DNA of 64,000 nt from Mobula hypostoma. Its lineage: Eukaryota. Within the stretch, counting starts at the first letter, position 1; every line of letters starts with the position of its first letter. The translations under genes were made by a program, and so were the position numbers. Below are positions 12,300 through 23,422 of the stretch, piece by piece. The notes beneath the pieces were generated by a model. It searched no databases and was not told where the DNA came from. It saw only the letters and a program-made list of their open reading frames with translations. Location of the stretch: the NCBI RefSeq assembly GCF_963921235.1, contig NC_086108.1, positions 53,074,001-53,138,000 on the forward strand, written 5' to 3'.

Positions 12300-12600
12300 A
12301 AAAAAAATTTGCAACAGTGGTGCACCACAAGCCACAGCCATCCAATCACAAAAATAACTTTCCACCATCAACTTCTGCCTCTTATTACCAAGTCAATTTT
12401 GGATCAAGTTTACCAATTCACCTGGATCCCATGGTTCTCCAACCATTTGGAAGAGCTTTGCATGTGGGATCTTGTCAGATTCCTTAAAGCAGATCATGTA
12501 GTAGACTTACAAATGCACTGCCCTCATCTATATTCTACTTAAAATCTTCAAACAATTCAACGCACTCATGCCGATGCTACTTGATCAATCCCTGCCAGGT
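12300..12600 (-). mobile_element. Old CR1 RT fragment
   Basis: CTTGTCAGATTCCTTAAAGCAGATCATGTAG is the reverse complement of a degenerate YMD..KAFDK motif. Confidence 0.55.
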
Positions 12601-12758
12601 GTTGATTGATACTCGGCTGTTCCACTGTATAAGACCCCTCCACATACAATGATGACAAGTGAATATGGACAATCCTCTATATGTTTAGTTAAGGACAACT
12701 CTCCTTAAAACTCAGTAACACAGATGTAGTCAGTGAAATTGAACCATTAACATTACAG

Positions 12759-14135
12759 TGTCACAATGATGGGGCATTGGGAGCAAGGGTGGACCCAAAT
12801 GCAAGACACATCTTGTGAGGTTACTTAGATTTAGTTTATTGTTCGATACCAGGAGAGCAAGGCAGGAGCAGGAATAGCGAATTGGACAAGGACTCAGAAC
12901 TACGACTAGGCTGGGACCAAGGGTCTGGGCTTGGACTCGGAATCGGATCCCAGAACTAGAGGAGACATGAAGAGGCTAGGGTATGGACTCCGAGCCTGAG
13001 ACTGGGCAAGGACCCAGTGCCTGGGTCTTGCCTCGGGCTCAGACCCCAGAACCAGGCATGGACATGACATGGGCTAGGGAGAGGAGGAACATGGAAAACA
13101 GAGCCTCGGTCTTGGGAGAGCAGGTACATGGAACCATGGACACATACACAGAACACAGAGCCGGGACCCGTCCTTGGGTACAGGACATAGGGCCGGGACT
13201 CATGACCCTCCGCGGGACAACGGCAAGATGGCCTGACTTACCCCACGGAGGTGAGGACAAGACAAGACAAGATATGACCCCCCGCGGGGCAACAGCAAGA
13301 CGGCCAGACTTACCCCACGGAGGTGAGGACAAGACAAGACAAGACATGACCCCCTGCGGGGCAACGACAAGATGGCCAGACTTACCCCCACAGAGGCGAG
13401 GACAAGACAAGACAAGACCAGCACGAATGAACACCAGACAGTACCTATCTAGCTCCGGCGATAGAACCAGACCGAAGTGCAGGCAAGGGCTGCAGACGAG
13501 GGCTAGAGGTGAGAGGGGCAGAGAAGGGATTCAGACAGGGGGGTAGGACAGGAAACACAGGGCCAGGACTTGACTCGGAGCTAGGATGCCGCCAGGGCCC
13601 GGACTCGACTCGGAACTTGGAAGCCGCCAGGGCCAGGACTCGACTTGGAACTTGGAAGCCGCCAGGACCAGGACTCGACTCAGAACTTGGAAGCCGCTGG
13701 GGCCAGGACTTGACTTGGAGCCTTCGGGTAGTGGCGATCTCTCGACTTGGCCCGGGAACAGTAGACAGCGGTTCTTGATTCCCTCTGGCAGGTTAACTGA
13801 CGGACCCACCTCGGTGAGGAAACTTTGCAGGCTCGCTTTGGTGAGAAAACTGGACTGGGTTGCTCCAGTGAGGAAAGGCGAATTACCGGCACTCGCTTCG
13901 GGCGGAGACAAGGCTTGCTCCGGCCAGATGACATCAGCACACCGTACCTTTGATGACTTTGCAGACGCTCCCGCGCCAAACAGCTGAAAGCCAGAGACTA
14001 TAAACTACCGGTTCAGCCGAGCATTAATTGCCTCTAATCACCAAAGCCGAGGGACACGGGAAAACAGGGAATCAATGGTCCGGATCGTAACATAAACAAG
14101 GTAAATTTAAAGGGATCCCGATCCGGACCATGACA
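12759..14135 (-). mobile_element. Solo LTR (Gypsy-type), 1377 bp, copy A
   Basis: TGTCA...TGACA termini, perfect 5-bp TSD TACAG (12754-12758/14136-14140), minus-strand AATAAA and TGCATTTGGGTCC near its 3' end; reverse complement of 35260-36665; internal 72-bp and 35-bp tandem arrays. Confidence 0.9.
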
Positions 14136-14224
14136 TACAGTAGTACACATTGTAGGGATAAAACAGATGTTTATGTCTGGTTTGCTTTAGAGACTCCCTA
14201 CAATAAATTTCCAACTTCATAATA

Positions 14225-14808
14225 ACACACACAAAATGCTTAAGGGACTCAGCAAGTCAGGCAGCATGTATGGAGGGGGAGCAGTTGACATCTCAGGCTG
14301 AGACCCATCATCAAGACTGAATAGGAAGGGGGTAGATTCCAGTATAAGAAAGTGGGGAAGGGGGATAGGTGGGGAGGGGATGGTTGAGATAGCTGTAAGA
14401 GTTCAGGGGCTGAAAAAGAAAGAATTGAATAGAAGAAGAAAGGAGGAGGAGAAATGTAGGGAGGTCTTTCATTGATTCTATCATGGTTATTGGATTTTCT
14501 GAGCATACCCTCAAGGAAATGAATCTCAGGGTTATATGTGGTGATATATATGTAATTTGATAATAAATTTACTTTGAACTCTGGGCAGATGAGAAGAGGT
14601 GAGAGGGTAACTAGAATGAGGAATGGAAAAAGAGAGATGGAGGGAGGGGAGAGGAATTACCAGGTTAGAGAAAATGATGGAATGGAGAAATAGAATATCT
14701 AACCTCCTGTAATTTCTCTCCCTCCCTCCTTCTCTCTACTTGCTGAGTTCCTCCAGCATTTTATGTGTGTTGATCAAGATATCCAGCATCTGCAAAGTCT
14801 CTTGTGTC
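14225..14808. mobile_element. Penelope-derived element with inverted arms, carrying a short Rex1-type 3' tail insert (~14480-14582)
   Basis: ACACACACAAAATGC..ACTCAGCAAGT vs ACTTGCTGAGTTCCTCCAGCATTTTATGTGTGT; degenerate minus-strand hammerhead 14282-14319; insert ends AATAAATTTACTTTGAACT. Confidence 0.7.
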
Positions 14809-15114
14809 CAGCATCACAGTGGGTAATGCACTTTGCTCTATGTTGCCTTTACAAGTGTATTGGGAGAAGTAAGATATACAAAGATAGGTTATTACACAGT
14901 AGTTTGAGTGAACTGCTCTGAAACGATACAGAAATTCCATCAGCATTGACAGTTCTTGTTATATCCTTCACTACTTCTTTAATCCTGGACTAAAGAACAT
15001 TACAACTATTCTGCCAACTTCTTTATTAATGATATTATGACAATGTTGATCTAGAATGTGCTAATAAACCAGAATTCAAACCAAAGTGCCAAAAATAATT
15101 CAAGTGATGTATTT

Positions 15115-16420
15115 TGAACATAGAACAGTACAACACAGGAACAGGCCCTTTTGCCCACAAGGTGTGTGCATTTGCAAAATAAACTGATTTTCTTCCCCCT
15201 GTACTGATCCATATCTCTTCATTCCCCACATAGTTGGACGCCTATCCACCTGCACCTTAAAAGTCTCTGTAGTATCTGCGTCTACTTCTCCACCCATCTG
15301 CCAGTTCCAGACACCTACCATTCTCTGTGTGGTCAAACAAAATTGCACCCTTCATCTCTTAAACTTTCCTCTGTCATCTTAAATGCATGTTCTCAAGTAG
15401 TTGACATTTTTACCCTTGGATAAATATTCTAACTCTGCTCAATCTATAAATCTCATAATCTTATTAATTTCTATCAGGTCTCCCCCCATTGCCAGAGAAA
15501 ACAACTCAAGCATGGCCAGCCATTACTTGTAGCACATGCCTCCAATGAAGGAAGCGCCGTGATAAACTCCTTCTGCATCCTTTCCAAAGCTTCCACATCC
15601 TTCCTGTAATAAGGTGACCAGAATTGCTCCAAGTGTGGCCTAACCAAACCTTTATATGGCTGTGACAGGATTTTTCTGGCTCTTATACTGAGTACCACAA
15701 CAAATGAAGGGAAGCATGTCAAAACCTTCTTTAGCATCCTAGTTGTGCAGCCACTTTCAGTGAGCTACGGATTTTGACCCTAAGATCCTTCTGTACATCA
15801 GTACCATTAAGAGACCTGAAATTAACTGCATACTTTCTCCTTACATTTGACGTCCCAGAGTTAATATAACGCACTTGACCAGATTTAACGCTATTTACCG
15901 TTTCTCAGCACATATCTGTAACTGATCTATATTCTGCTCTATGTTTTGATAACCCTCCACCAATCTCAATCTCATCTGCAATTTTACAAATTCACCCATC
16001 TACATTTTCACCCATTTTCATCTAGGTTATTTACAGTATATATATCACAAACAACTGAAGCTCCAACACAGATCCCAAGGAGCACCACTGGTCACTGACC
16101 TCCACTAGTATAATATCCTTCCACCTCTACTCTCTGTTTCTATGGGCAAACCAATTGTGAATCCACACTACCAAGTCACTGTGGATCCTATATTATCCTT
16201 CTGGATTAACCAACCAAGAGGGACCTTGTCAAATGGCTTACTAAAATTTATGCAGAGAACATCTACTGTCCTAAGCTCATCAATCACTTTCATCACTTCC
16301 TCAAAAAATACCAATCAAGTACTACATACAGAACATGACTTGCCCTGAAGAAAGCCATGTTTTTTTTCAAATTTGTATGAATCCTATCTCTGAGAATCCT
16401 CTCCAATTGCTTTTCTGGCA
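15115..16420 (-). mobile_element. CR1 LINE, decayed
   Basis: ORF 15474-15737 LVRPHLEQFWSPYYRKDVEALERMQ; GAACATAGAACA tail; CTTGTCAAATGGCTTACTAAA (KAFDK-like). Confidence 0.85.
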
Positions 16421-17424
16421 AGTATTTAAAGCCCAGTGCATTAATTTAAAGTGAAACCATTAAAAGTCAAGTGGACTAATTGGCTTGTATTCATTTCTCA
16501 TCTAAGTGTTACAGAATGTGCATCATGGAATGAGGATGAAGAAGTGAAACTACATGTTTGAAATGTGAAGATGTACTGGAAGGAGTTGGTGGCTATGCAA
16601 GTGCTTCAAGACCACAAGGTATGTTGTCGTATTTGCAATGAAGAGAGCAAAGAAAGAGGTGATTATCTCTGGAATGGAAACAAAATATGTGGAAGTATGA
16701 TGTTTCAGTTGTATCTGGAAGGATATAATGGATGGAAGAAAAATATTGAGAATAATTGTGGTAAAACTATCTTTAAAAGCTATTGGAAAAAACACCTTTG
16801 ATGAAGAGCTATATTCATCCTTCCAGTTCCTCTGAGCTTGCTTTTTCCCCATTGAATCAGAATCTCACTGGTAGTGTCCACATTGAGCATTTCAGCCAAT
16901 TCTGCCCAGAATGGTTCATCACCCTCAGGATATTTAATATCTTTGCAAAATATATTTTAAAATGATATATTTCTAATTTACGATTATGTGATTTATATCT
17001 AAGGTAAAGGTAAAGATTTCAGAGACTTTGCCTACAACAGGAACACTACAACTGTTCCCCAATTTTCCACTTTCGGCGTAAGGTCTATGGTTACTGAGTA
17101 TTATTTACAAACTGGCAGCTTATCATCTGAACCAATTAGCTGTTTTTCATAAAAGCAGAAATTCTGGAAATACTCAGAGGTTCAGGTAGCACTGTGGAGA
17201 GAAAAACTGAAGTAGTGTTTCCAATAAATGACCTTTCTTTAGGCCCTACATCCACATTCAACAAATCTTTCATTGGCCACTTTTCATGTTTTGTTGGCCG
17301 TTGTTTCATGTGAATGCAATAAGTCATTTAGGTTCTAAACTCTCAGGTTTTCTTGTCGGCACTATTGATTAATGCATTCTTTTAAAACCTCCCTGCACTG
17401 AGAACAAAACATATCTTAAAATTA

Positions 17425-17611
17425 AAACAACAGGAATTCTGCAGATGCTGGAAATTCAAGCAACACACATAAAAGTTGCTGGTGAACACAGCAGGCCAGG
17501 CAGCATCTCTAGGAAGAGACCCGAAGGGTCTCGGCCTGAAACGTCGACTGCACCTCTTCCTAGAGATGCTGCCTGGCCTGCTGCGTTCACCAGCAACTTT
17601 TATGTGTGTTG
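17425..17611. mobile_element. 187-bp Penelope-derived fold-back element with 15-bp TSD
   Basis: ~58-bp near-perfect inverted arms 17460-17517/17555-17612; direct repeat CATATCTTAAAATTA at 17410-17424 and 17612-17626; loop contains GAAGGGTCTCGGCCTGAAACGTCGACTG. Confidence 0.9.
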
Positions 17612-18673
17612 CATATCTTAAAATTATCCTGCCTGCTATCAGCAGGTGTATTGTTCTATTGAACAAATGTTGTGAGCCTGTTCAGCAGTGACACCTAGGT
17701 TCTTAAGGGCAACTTGGAGTTCCTAATGTCCTTCTGAAAATGTGAGGAGCAAAAGTAATTAATCAGTCAACTGAATTGGAACTTACTTCATCAAAGATAT
17801 CATTATGAAACTACATTTATAGAGTTTGTTTCTGATTGACCATGATGAAGCTGTGAAACTGTTTTGTTTCATCAGTTTTGAAGGAAGCTCTTTGGAGATC
17901 GAAAGATGAGCATTTCAGATTTTTCCAAAAAGCAGTAATCTAAATGACAATATGAAATAAGAACCCCTCTTGATTCTTTCCCTTCCTTTTCTTGGGGTGC
18001 TAAACTGATAGCGCAAAACAGTGCAAATTAGCCAAATCTGTTCTCTTTAAACATAAATCCGTCTCCCATTTATCATTTGGAAAATACACCACAAAAATTT
18101 CGATCTAATTTTTTTTGGCTTACTCGGTTTCTGCTGTGTTGAATTTATAACAGTCGATACTGACCAGTGTGTTTCACTCAGTTGACCCTGTGACTGACTG
18201 TTGCAAAAGTTTGACACTGCAGTCCATAGACACCAAAGTGTTTCAAATGCACTTGGGATGGGTTCTATCTCTCAAAGAAAGACGGATATTTAATCAGCAA
18301 TGACAATGATGGATTGGTCCTTATTTTGTGAAAGTACTTCTGTTAGAGTCTCATGAGCCATTCTTGCATTGTTTTGAGTCTACGGATTTTGTGAAGCTAG
18401 ATTAGGCAAATAAAGCACAGGAAATGATATGCTGTCTTTATTGCTTAGTTCTGGATTGTTTGTAGCCTGCTAATCATTGTTGACTCAGTATTGTCGGCTT
18501 GAATAACTAACCAAGTTCCAGGATTGAACACATGTAAAATTCTTATATTGCAGGGAATGTCCAAGGGGCTAATCAGTTATTTTCCAGAGAACACGCATAA
18601 TTAGACAAGATGTTTTAGGCAGACTGTGTCCAAACCTTATTCCTCTGGATAGTTATTCTTTGGATTTTTTTTT

Positions 18674-18979
18674 TGTCAGGCAGACACCTCCCAGTCTCCA
18701 CTCAGCTAACAGGAGTCACCTGCCATTGGTTTCCAACTAATCACCTGCAGCCTATTTAAACCCATCTCTCATCCATAGTCCTTTGTTCACCCAATGAATT
18801 AGCCATCGTCACCATTTGCAACTAGCCTTCAGATACCATGTTGTATTAAGTATCCATTTTTTCTTGTTTTGTGGCCCCTCCTGGCTTGTTATTTTCCAGT
18901 TTATTTGTAAAATTTGTAAACATTTGTAAAATTTCTGCTGCTTTGCTTTTGGGTCAAGCCTCCACGACTTTCCCTGACA
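18674..18979 (+). repeat. 5' LTR of Gypsy element (start may lie ~60 bp upstream)
   Basis: TGT...GACA, CTATTTAAA box; direct repeat of 23099-23422. Confidence 0.85.
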
Positions 18980-20432
18980 GGACGGGTGATCCTTCTAGCA
19001 GAGTATGCTTGCCTTTAGGAAGTCATCTGCCAACATGAACACATGATCCCAAAAGCAGCAGGAAACCCTTGGCCACCAGCTCACCACTCTCAGCCAACTC
19101 TCCATCTCGATACAGCTACCCTCGCCAGTCAACCTCCTCCCTTGGAGCCCCAGATTCTGGTGCCTAAACACTTCAATGGATCTGCAACTTCCTGTCCCAG
19201 TACATCGTACACCTAAGTTCCATAATGAGTTCCAGCAAGTTCTGTGTTCTGTGGACCAGCCAAAATTGCCTTTGTCATCTCTCTCCTGACTGGGTGAGCT
19301 CTGACCTGGGCTGTTGCTAACTGGGACAACAAAATTATCGCTTGCAATAAATATGAGAAAGTCACTGCTGAGACGCACCGGGTTTTCAACCATCCAGGAA
19401 GTGGAAGGTCACCTGCATCTTACCTGGTGCTGGATTACACCGTAGAATTCCCAACCCTCGTGGCAGAGAGTGACTGGAATGTGGATACGCTGCTGGCCCG
19501 TTACCATCATAGTCTCTCGGAGCACTTGAAAGATGAGCTGTCTGCCTGGGAGAGAGATGTGTGCAGCTTGGTCTCCCTATGAAGCCTATTTCTCACCCCT
19601 TCTGCATCACAGCCAGTGATGGACATCCCTTGGGGTCTGGGATAGTCAGTCAGAGTGCACACACAGTCTGTGCACATGAGAACCACAAGTCCATCCAAGG
19701 CCTCCTTATCGACTCACCCTACACTCCTCCCATGGCTCTCCATTAACAACCCTCTCTTTGCCCGGTCACACACCTGCTGGACCACCTGCTTGCTACCTCA
19801 GCTGACTTAACCCCGTAAATCCGTGGAGATGGAGGAATCTCTTGTCCTCACCAAACTCCCACAGGAATACCACAACTAGGTCATTGCCTTCAGAAAAAGG
19901 GAGGCCAGCATCCTATCACCTCACAGACCACACAACTGTACAATCAACCTCCTCCTAAGCAATACCATTCCCTGAGGTGGTCTGGTCTCCCTCTCCCAGA
20001 CTGAGATCCAGTGAATGACTACATCGCTGAAGTGCTACAGCACGACTTCATTCACCCATCCCAGACAACAGCTGGTGCAGGATTCTTCTTTGCTAAAAAG
20101 AAAGATGGGGCTCTTCATCTTTGCATTGACTACCGTGGACTAAAAAAAAAATCACCATTAAGAACTGCTACCTTCTCTCCTTGATGGACAGCATGTTCAA
20201 AACACTTTATGAGGCCCAGATCTTCACCAGATTGGATCTACAGAGTGCATACAACCTGATCTGCATCTGTCAGAGGGATGAGTGGAAGACAACATTCACA
20301 ACACCCACATGCAAACTACAAGTATTTGGTGATGCCTTTCAGAGTTTCCAATAGTCCAGCCGTTTTCCAAGCCTTCATCAACAAGAGCCTTCAAGTCATG
20401 CTGCACAGCTATGTGTTCATCTACCTCAACAA

Positions 20433-21077
20433 AAGGAGGAGGGAGGAGAAGATGGCGGCGTGATGCAGCGTGCGCGGCCGTTCCGAATGAATATCGATAT
20501 GTGTAACTAGGGGTGCCGTGCACAATCCGGATTTGATGGGGACAGCCGTGAAGTGCAGAGGAACATCTGGAGCAATTTCTGAAATGCCCACTTCGCTGCT
20601 GCTGCTACTGTGCGATCGAGAATCTCCGGAGACGAAGGCCCCAAATCCTCGGCTTTGCCTATCGCCTGTTGCTGGGGCCGGGGTCGAAACGCTCGGCAGA
20701 GATGGTGCTTGGTGCATCGGTGTTAGGAGGTGGTCAGAGGCTCTGAGTTTTTCGGACGGACTCGGAGTCGGACTGTGGTTGGATGCTTCCAGGATGCTGC
20801 ATCGGCAAGTTGGCGGCGCTGGAGGTTTACCGTCTGCGTGAGATATTGGGATTTTGAGAGAGTCTGAGACTTTTACTGTGCCATGGTCTGTTCTTATCAA
20901 ATTACGGTATTGCTTTGCACTGTTGTAACTATATGTTATAATTACGTGGTTTTTGTTAGTTTTTAAGTTAGTTTGTCATGTGTTTTCGTGATATCATTCT
21001 GGAAAAACATTTTATCATTTCTTTATGCATGCATTATTACATGACAATAAAAGGGGACTGCATGTCCTCATAATCAT
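20433..21077 (+). mobile_element. Non-autonomous non-LTR retroposon (~645 bp, CpG-rich, no tRNA head seen) inserted in Gypsy RT
   Basis: Starts GGAGAAGATGGCGGCG, ends TGACAATAAA...CATAATCAT; flanked by AACAA repeat; RT resumes as NNILIFS. Confidence 0.75.
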
Positions 21078-23098
21078 AACAATATCCTAATTTTCTCAAA
21101 GGACCCCAAGACCATGTCCGTCATGTCCATTTAGTCCTTCAGCTTCTCCTCAAGCTCCAACCCTACTGCAAGTTAGAGAAATGCCAGTTCCACACCCCAT
21201 TAATTTCCTTTATGGGTTACATCTTTTCAACCCAAGTCATAACCATGGAGCCAGAGAAATTACGTGCCATTGTCGAATAGCCCTGACCGCACTACCTCAA
21301 ACAGCTTCTCCTACTTCTACCATTGGTTCATCGGAGCTACAGCTAAATCGCTGGTTCCATCACCTACCTCACAGATAACCTGGTCTTCTGCCATGGACCA
21401 CACTTTAGAGGAACTCATCCAAATGCCTCTGGACCTTTTGTGGTAGAGGTGGACACATCTGACATAGGTGCTGGGGCCATCTCCTCCCACTGAGGACTGG
21501 ACAAGAAGACACATCTTTGTGCCTTCTTCTCAAGCAAGTTCAACTTCACACAGTGCCATTGTGGATTAGGAGACAGAAACCCACCAACTAAACCCACAGT
21601 AGGTTCGCTGGGCCCTTGTCTTTGAGCAATTCAACTTCACTGTCTCCTTCCAACCTGACTCCATGAACACTAAGGCAGAAGCCCTGTCATGACTTGTCGA
21701 CCCAGCTTAAGCAGAGATTGATCCTCAGCCCATCATTCCAAACTCCTAGATCCTCATCCCAATCTTCTGGGATCTTGAGAAACATAGAGCATGAGCCTGC
21801 TCTGGCAGACACAGCTGACAACCGCACAACTGGTGGCTGTGTGCTCTGAGGCACTCCAGTGGGCCCGCTCTTCACCCCTCTACAGCTATCCAGGTGCACG
21901 ATGGACTCTGGATTTTCTGCGAAGCCGGTTTTGGTGGCCCACCATGACTGCAGATGTATGTCGCTGCCTGCTCTCAATGTGCCCAGCCCAATTTTCTCCA
22001 ACAGTGGCCCTGTGGGCTCCTGTGATCTCAGCCGGTCCTCTGTCATTGATGATCCCACGTCGCCATGAGTTTCATCATGGGTTTGCCACCCTTTGATGGG
22101 GCCACAGCGATTATGACAGCAACGGACCGGATCTCCAAGGCCACCACTTCATTGCTGCCCCTAAGCTTCCATGAGCTGCTGGGATGGCAGATTTGGTTTT
22201 CCAATACATAGTTATCCTCCACAGCTTCCCCCAGAACATTGTATTGACTGGGGCCCACAATTCGTTTCCTGCTTCTGGCAAGCCTTCTGCTCTCTCCTCT
22301 GCACCCTAGTGAGCTTGTCCTCTGGCTATCATCCGCAGACCCAATGGTCAGTCGGAAAAAGCCAATCAGCAAGTGGAGGAGTTTCTGTGATGCTTCACCA
22401 CTCTAACACTTCTACGTGGAGGAGGTATCCACTCTGGGCCGAACTGTCCCACAATTTACACATCTCCTCTGCCACATGTACATCAACCTATGAAGTGCTT
22501 CATGACTACCTCCCCCTATTGTTTCCTATGGAGGAGCCAATGGTGGCGGTCTTGTCCACTAGGACCCAGTTTGTCCGTTGCTGCAATGCTTGGAAGAGAG
22601 CACAGAGGACGATCCTAGCTGTCAATGCCCAGCCAGACTACTCTGGCCTGGGGACCGTGCCTGGCTGTCCAACCCAAGATATGCCTCTTCACATCAACTC
22701 CTGAAAGCTCTCACCCTTGTTCGTTGGTCCCTTCAGGATTACCCGTCGGGTCAATTCAGTCACTTACCGTCTGCAGCTGCCACCATCCCTCAGGATCACA
22801 CCTACCTTCCATGTGTCCTGCCTGAAGCCCGCTGTTCATGGGCTTCTCAACCCAGCTGAGCCTGCGCCTCTGGAACCAAGGATGGTGGAAGGTTGGTCAC
22901 TGTACACTGTGTGCTGGTGAATACATTCATGTCAACATGGATGGTGTGTTTACTACCTGGCCATCTGGGAATGGTATGAAAGAGAGGTCTTGGATGCTGT
23001 CCAGTTTCATCTTGGATCCATCACTCATTGAGGAGTTCCACTGGACCTACCTGGATCATCCAGGACCATAAGGTGTCAGTTGTAGGAGGGCAGAGTCC

Positions 23099-23422
23099 TG
23101 TAAGGCCTACACAGACAGGCACCTCCCAGTCTCCACCCAGCTAACAGGAGTCAACTGCCATTCGTTTCCAACTCATCTCCTGCAGCCTATTTAAACCTGG
23201 CTCTCATCCACAGTCATTTGTTCACCATCAAACAAGCCAGCCTCAACCAGTTGCTCCTAGCTTTCAATTAATCTTGTTGTCTTGCATATTAAGTATCTGT
23301 TCTCTCTTGTTTTGTGGCTCCTTGTGGCTTGTTATTTTGCAGTTTATTAGTGAAATATCACTTACTTCTAAATCGCCTCACTGCTCTGCTTTTGGGTCAA
23401 GTCTCCTCGATATTTCATGTCA
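23099..23422 (+). repeat. 3' LTR of Gypsy element
   Basis: TGTAAGG...TGTCA, preceded by AGGAGGGCAGAG; shares CACCTCCCAGTCTCCAC..CAGCTAACAGGAGTCA and TTTTGGGTCAAG with 5' LTR. Confidence 0.88.

Larger units (their letters stand above)
18674..23422 (+). mobile_element. Decayed Gypsy/Ty3 chromovirus (Sushi-like) LTR retrotransposon: gag, protease remnant, RT, RNase H, integrase, chromodomain
   Basis: Gag KIAFVISLLTG*ALTWA (~19262); LLIDS protease remnant; [22 protein letters not shown] and YLVMPF...SPAVFQAFIN..VFIYLN; RNase H FVVEVDTSDIGAGAI; integrase FWWP, IDWGPQFVS.FW, SSGYHPQT, GPFRI; chromo ERSW...ILDPSLIEEF; purine tract before 3' LTR; many stops and frameshifts. Confidence 0.93.

Noticed and set aside
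13180..13720. Regular short repeats resembling a CRISPR array (also 35655-36220)
   Set aside because: Head-to-tail minisatellites without unique spacers inside a eukaryotic LTR; no cas genes
16565..16801. ORF with CRIC..E..YLW resembling a LINE zinc knuckle
   Set aside because: Motif incomplete and no adjacent RT evidence
20421..20900. 159-aa and 107-aa ORFs / CpG-island promoter of a host gene
   Set aside because: Confined to a retroposon inserted in Gypsy RT; GC-rich sequence explains the open frames
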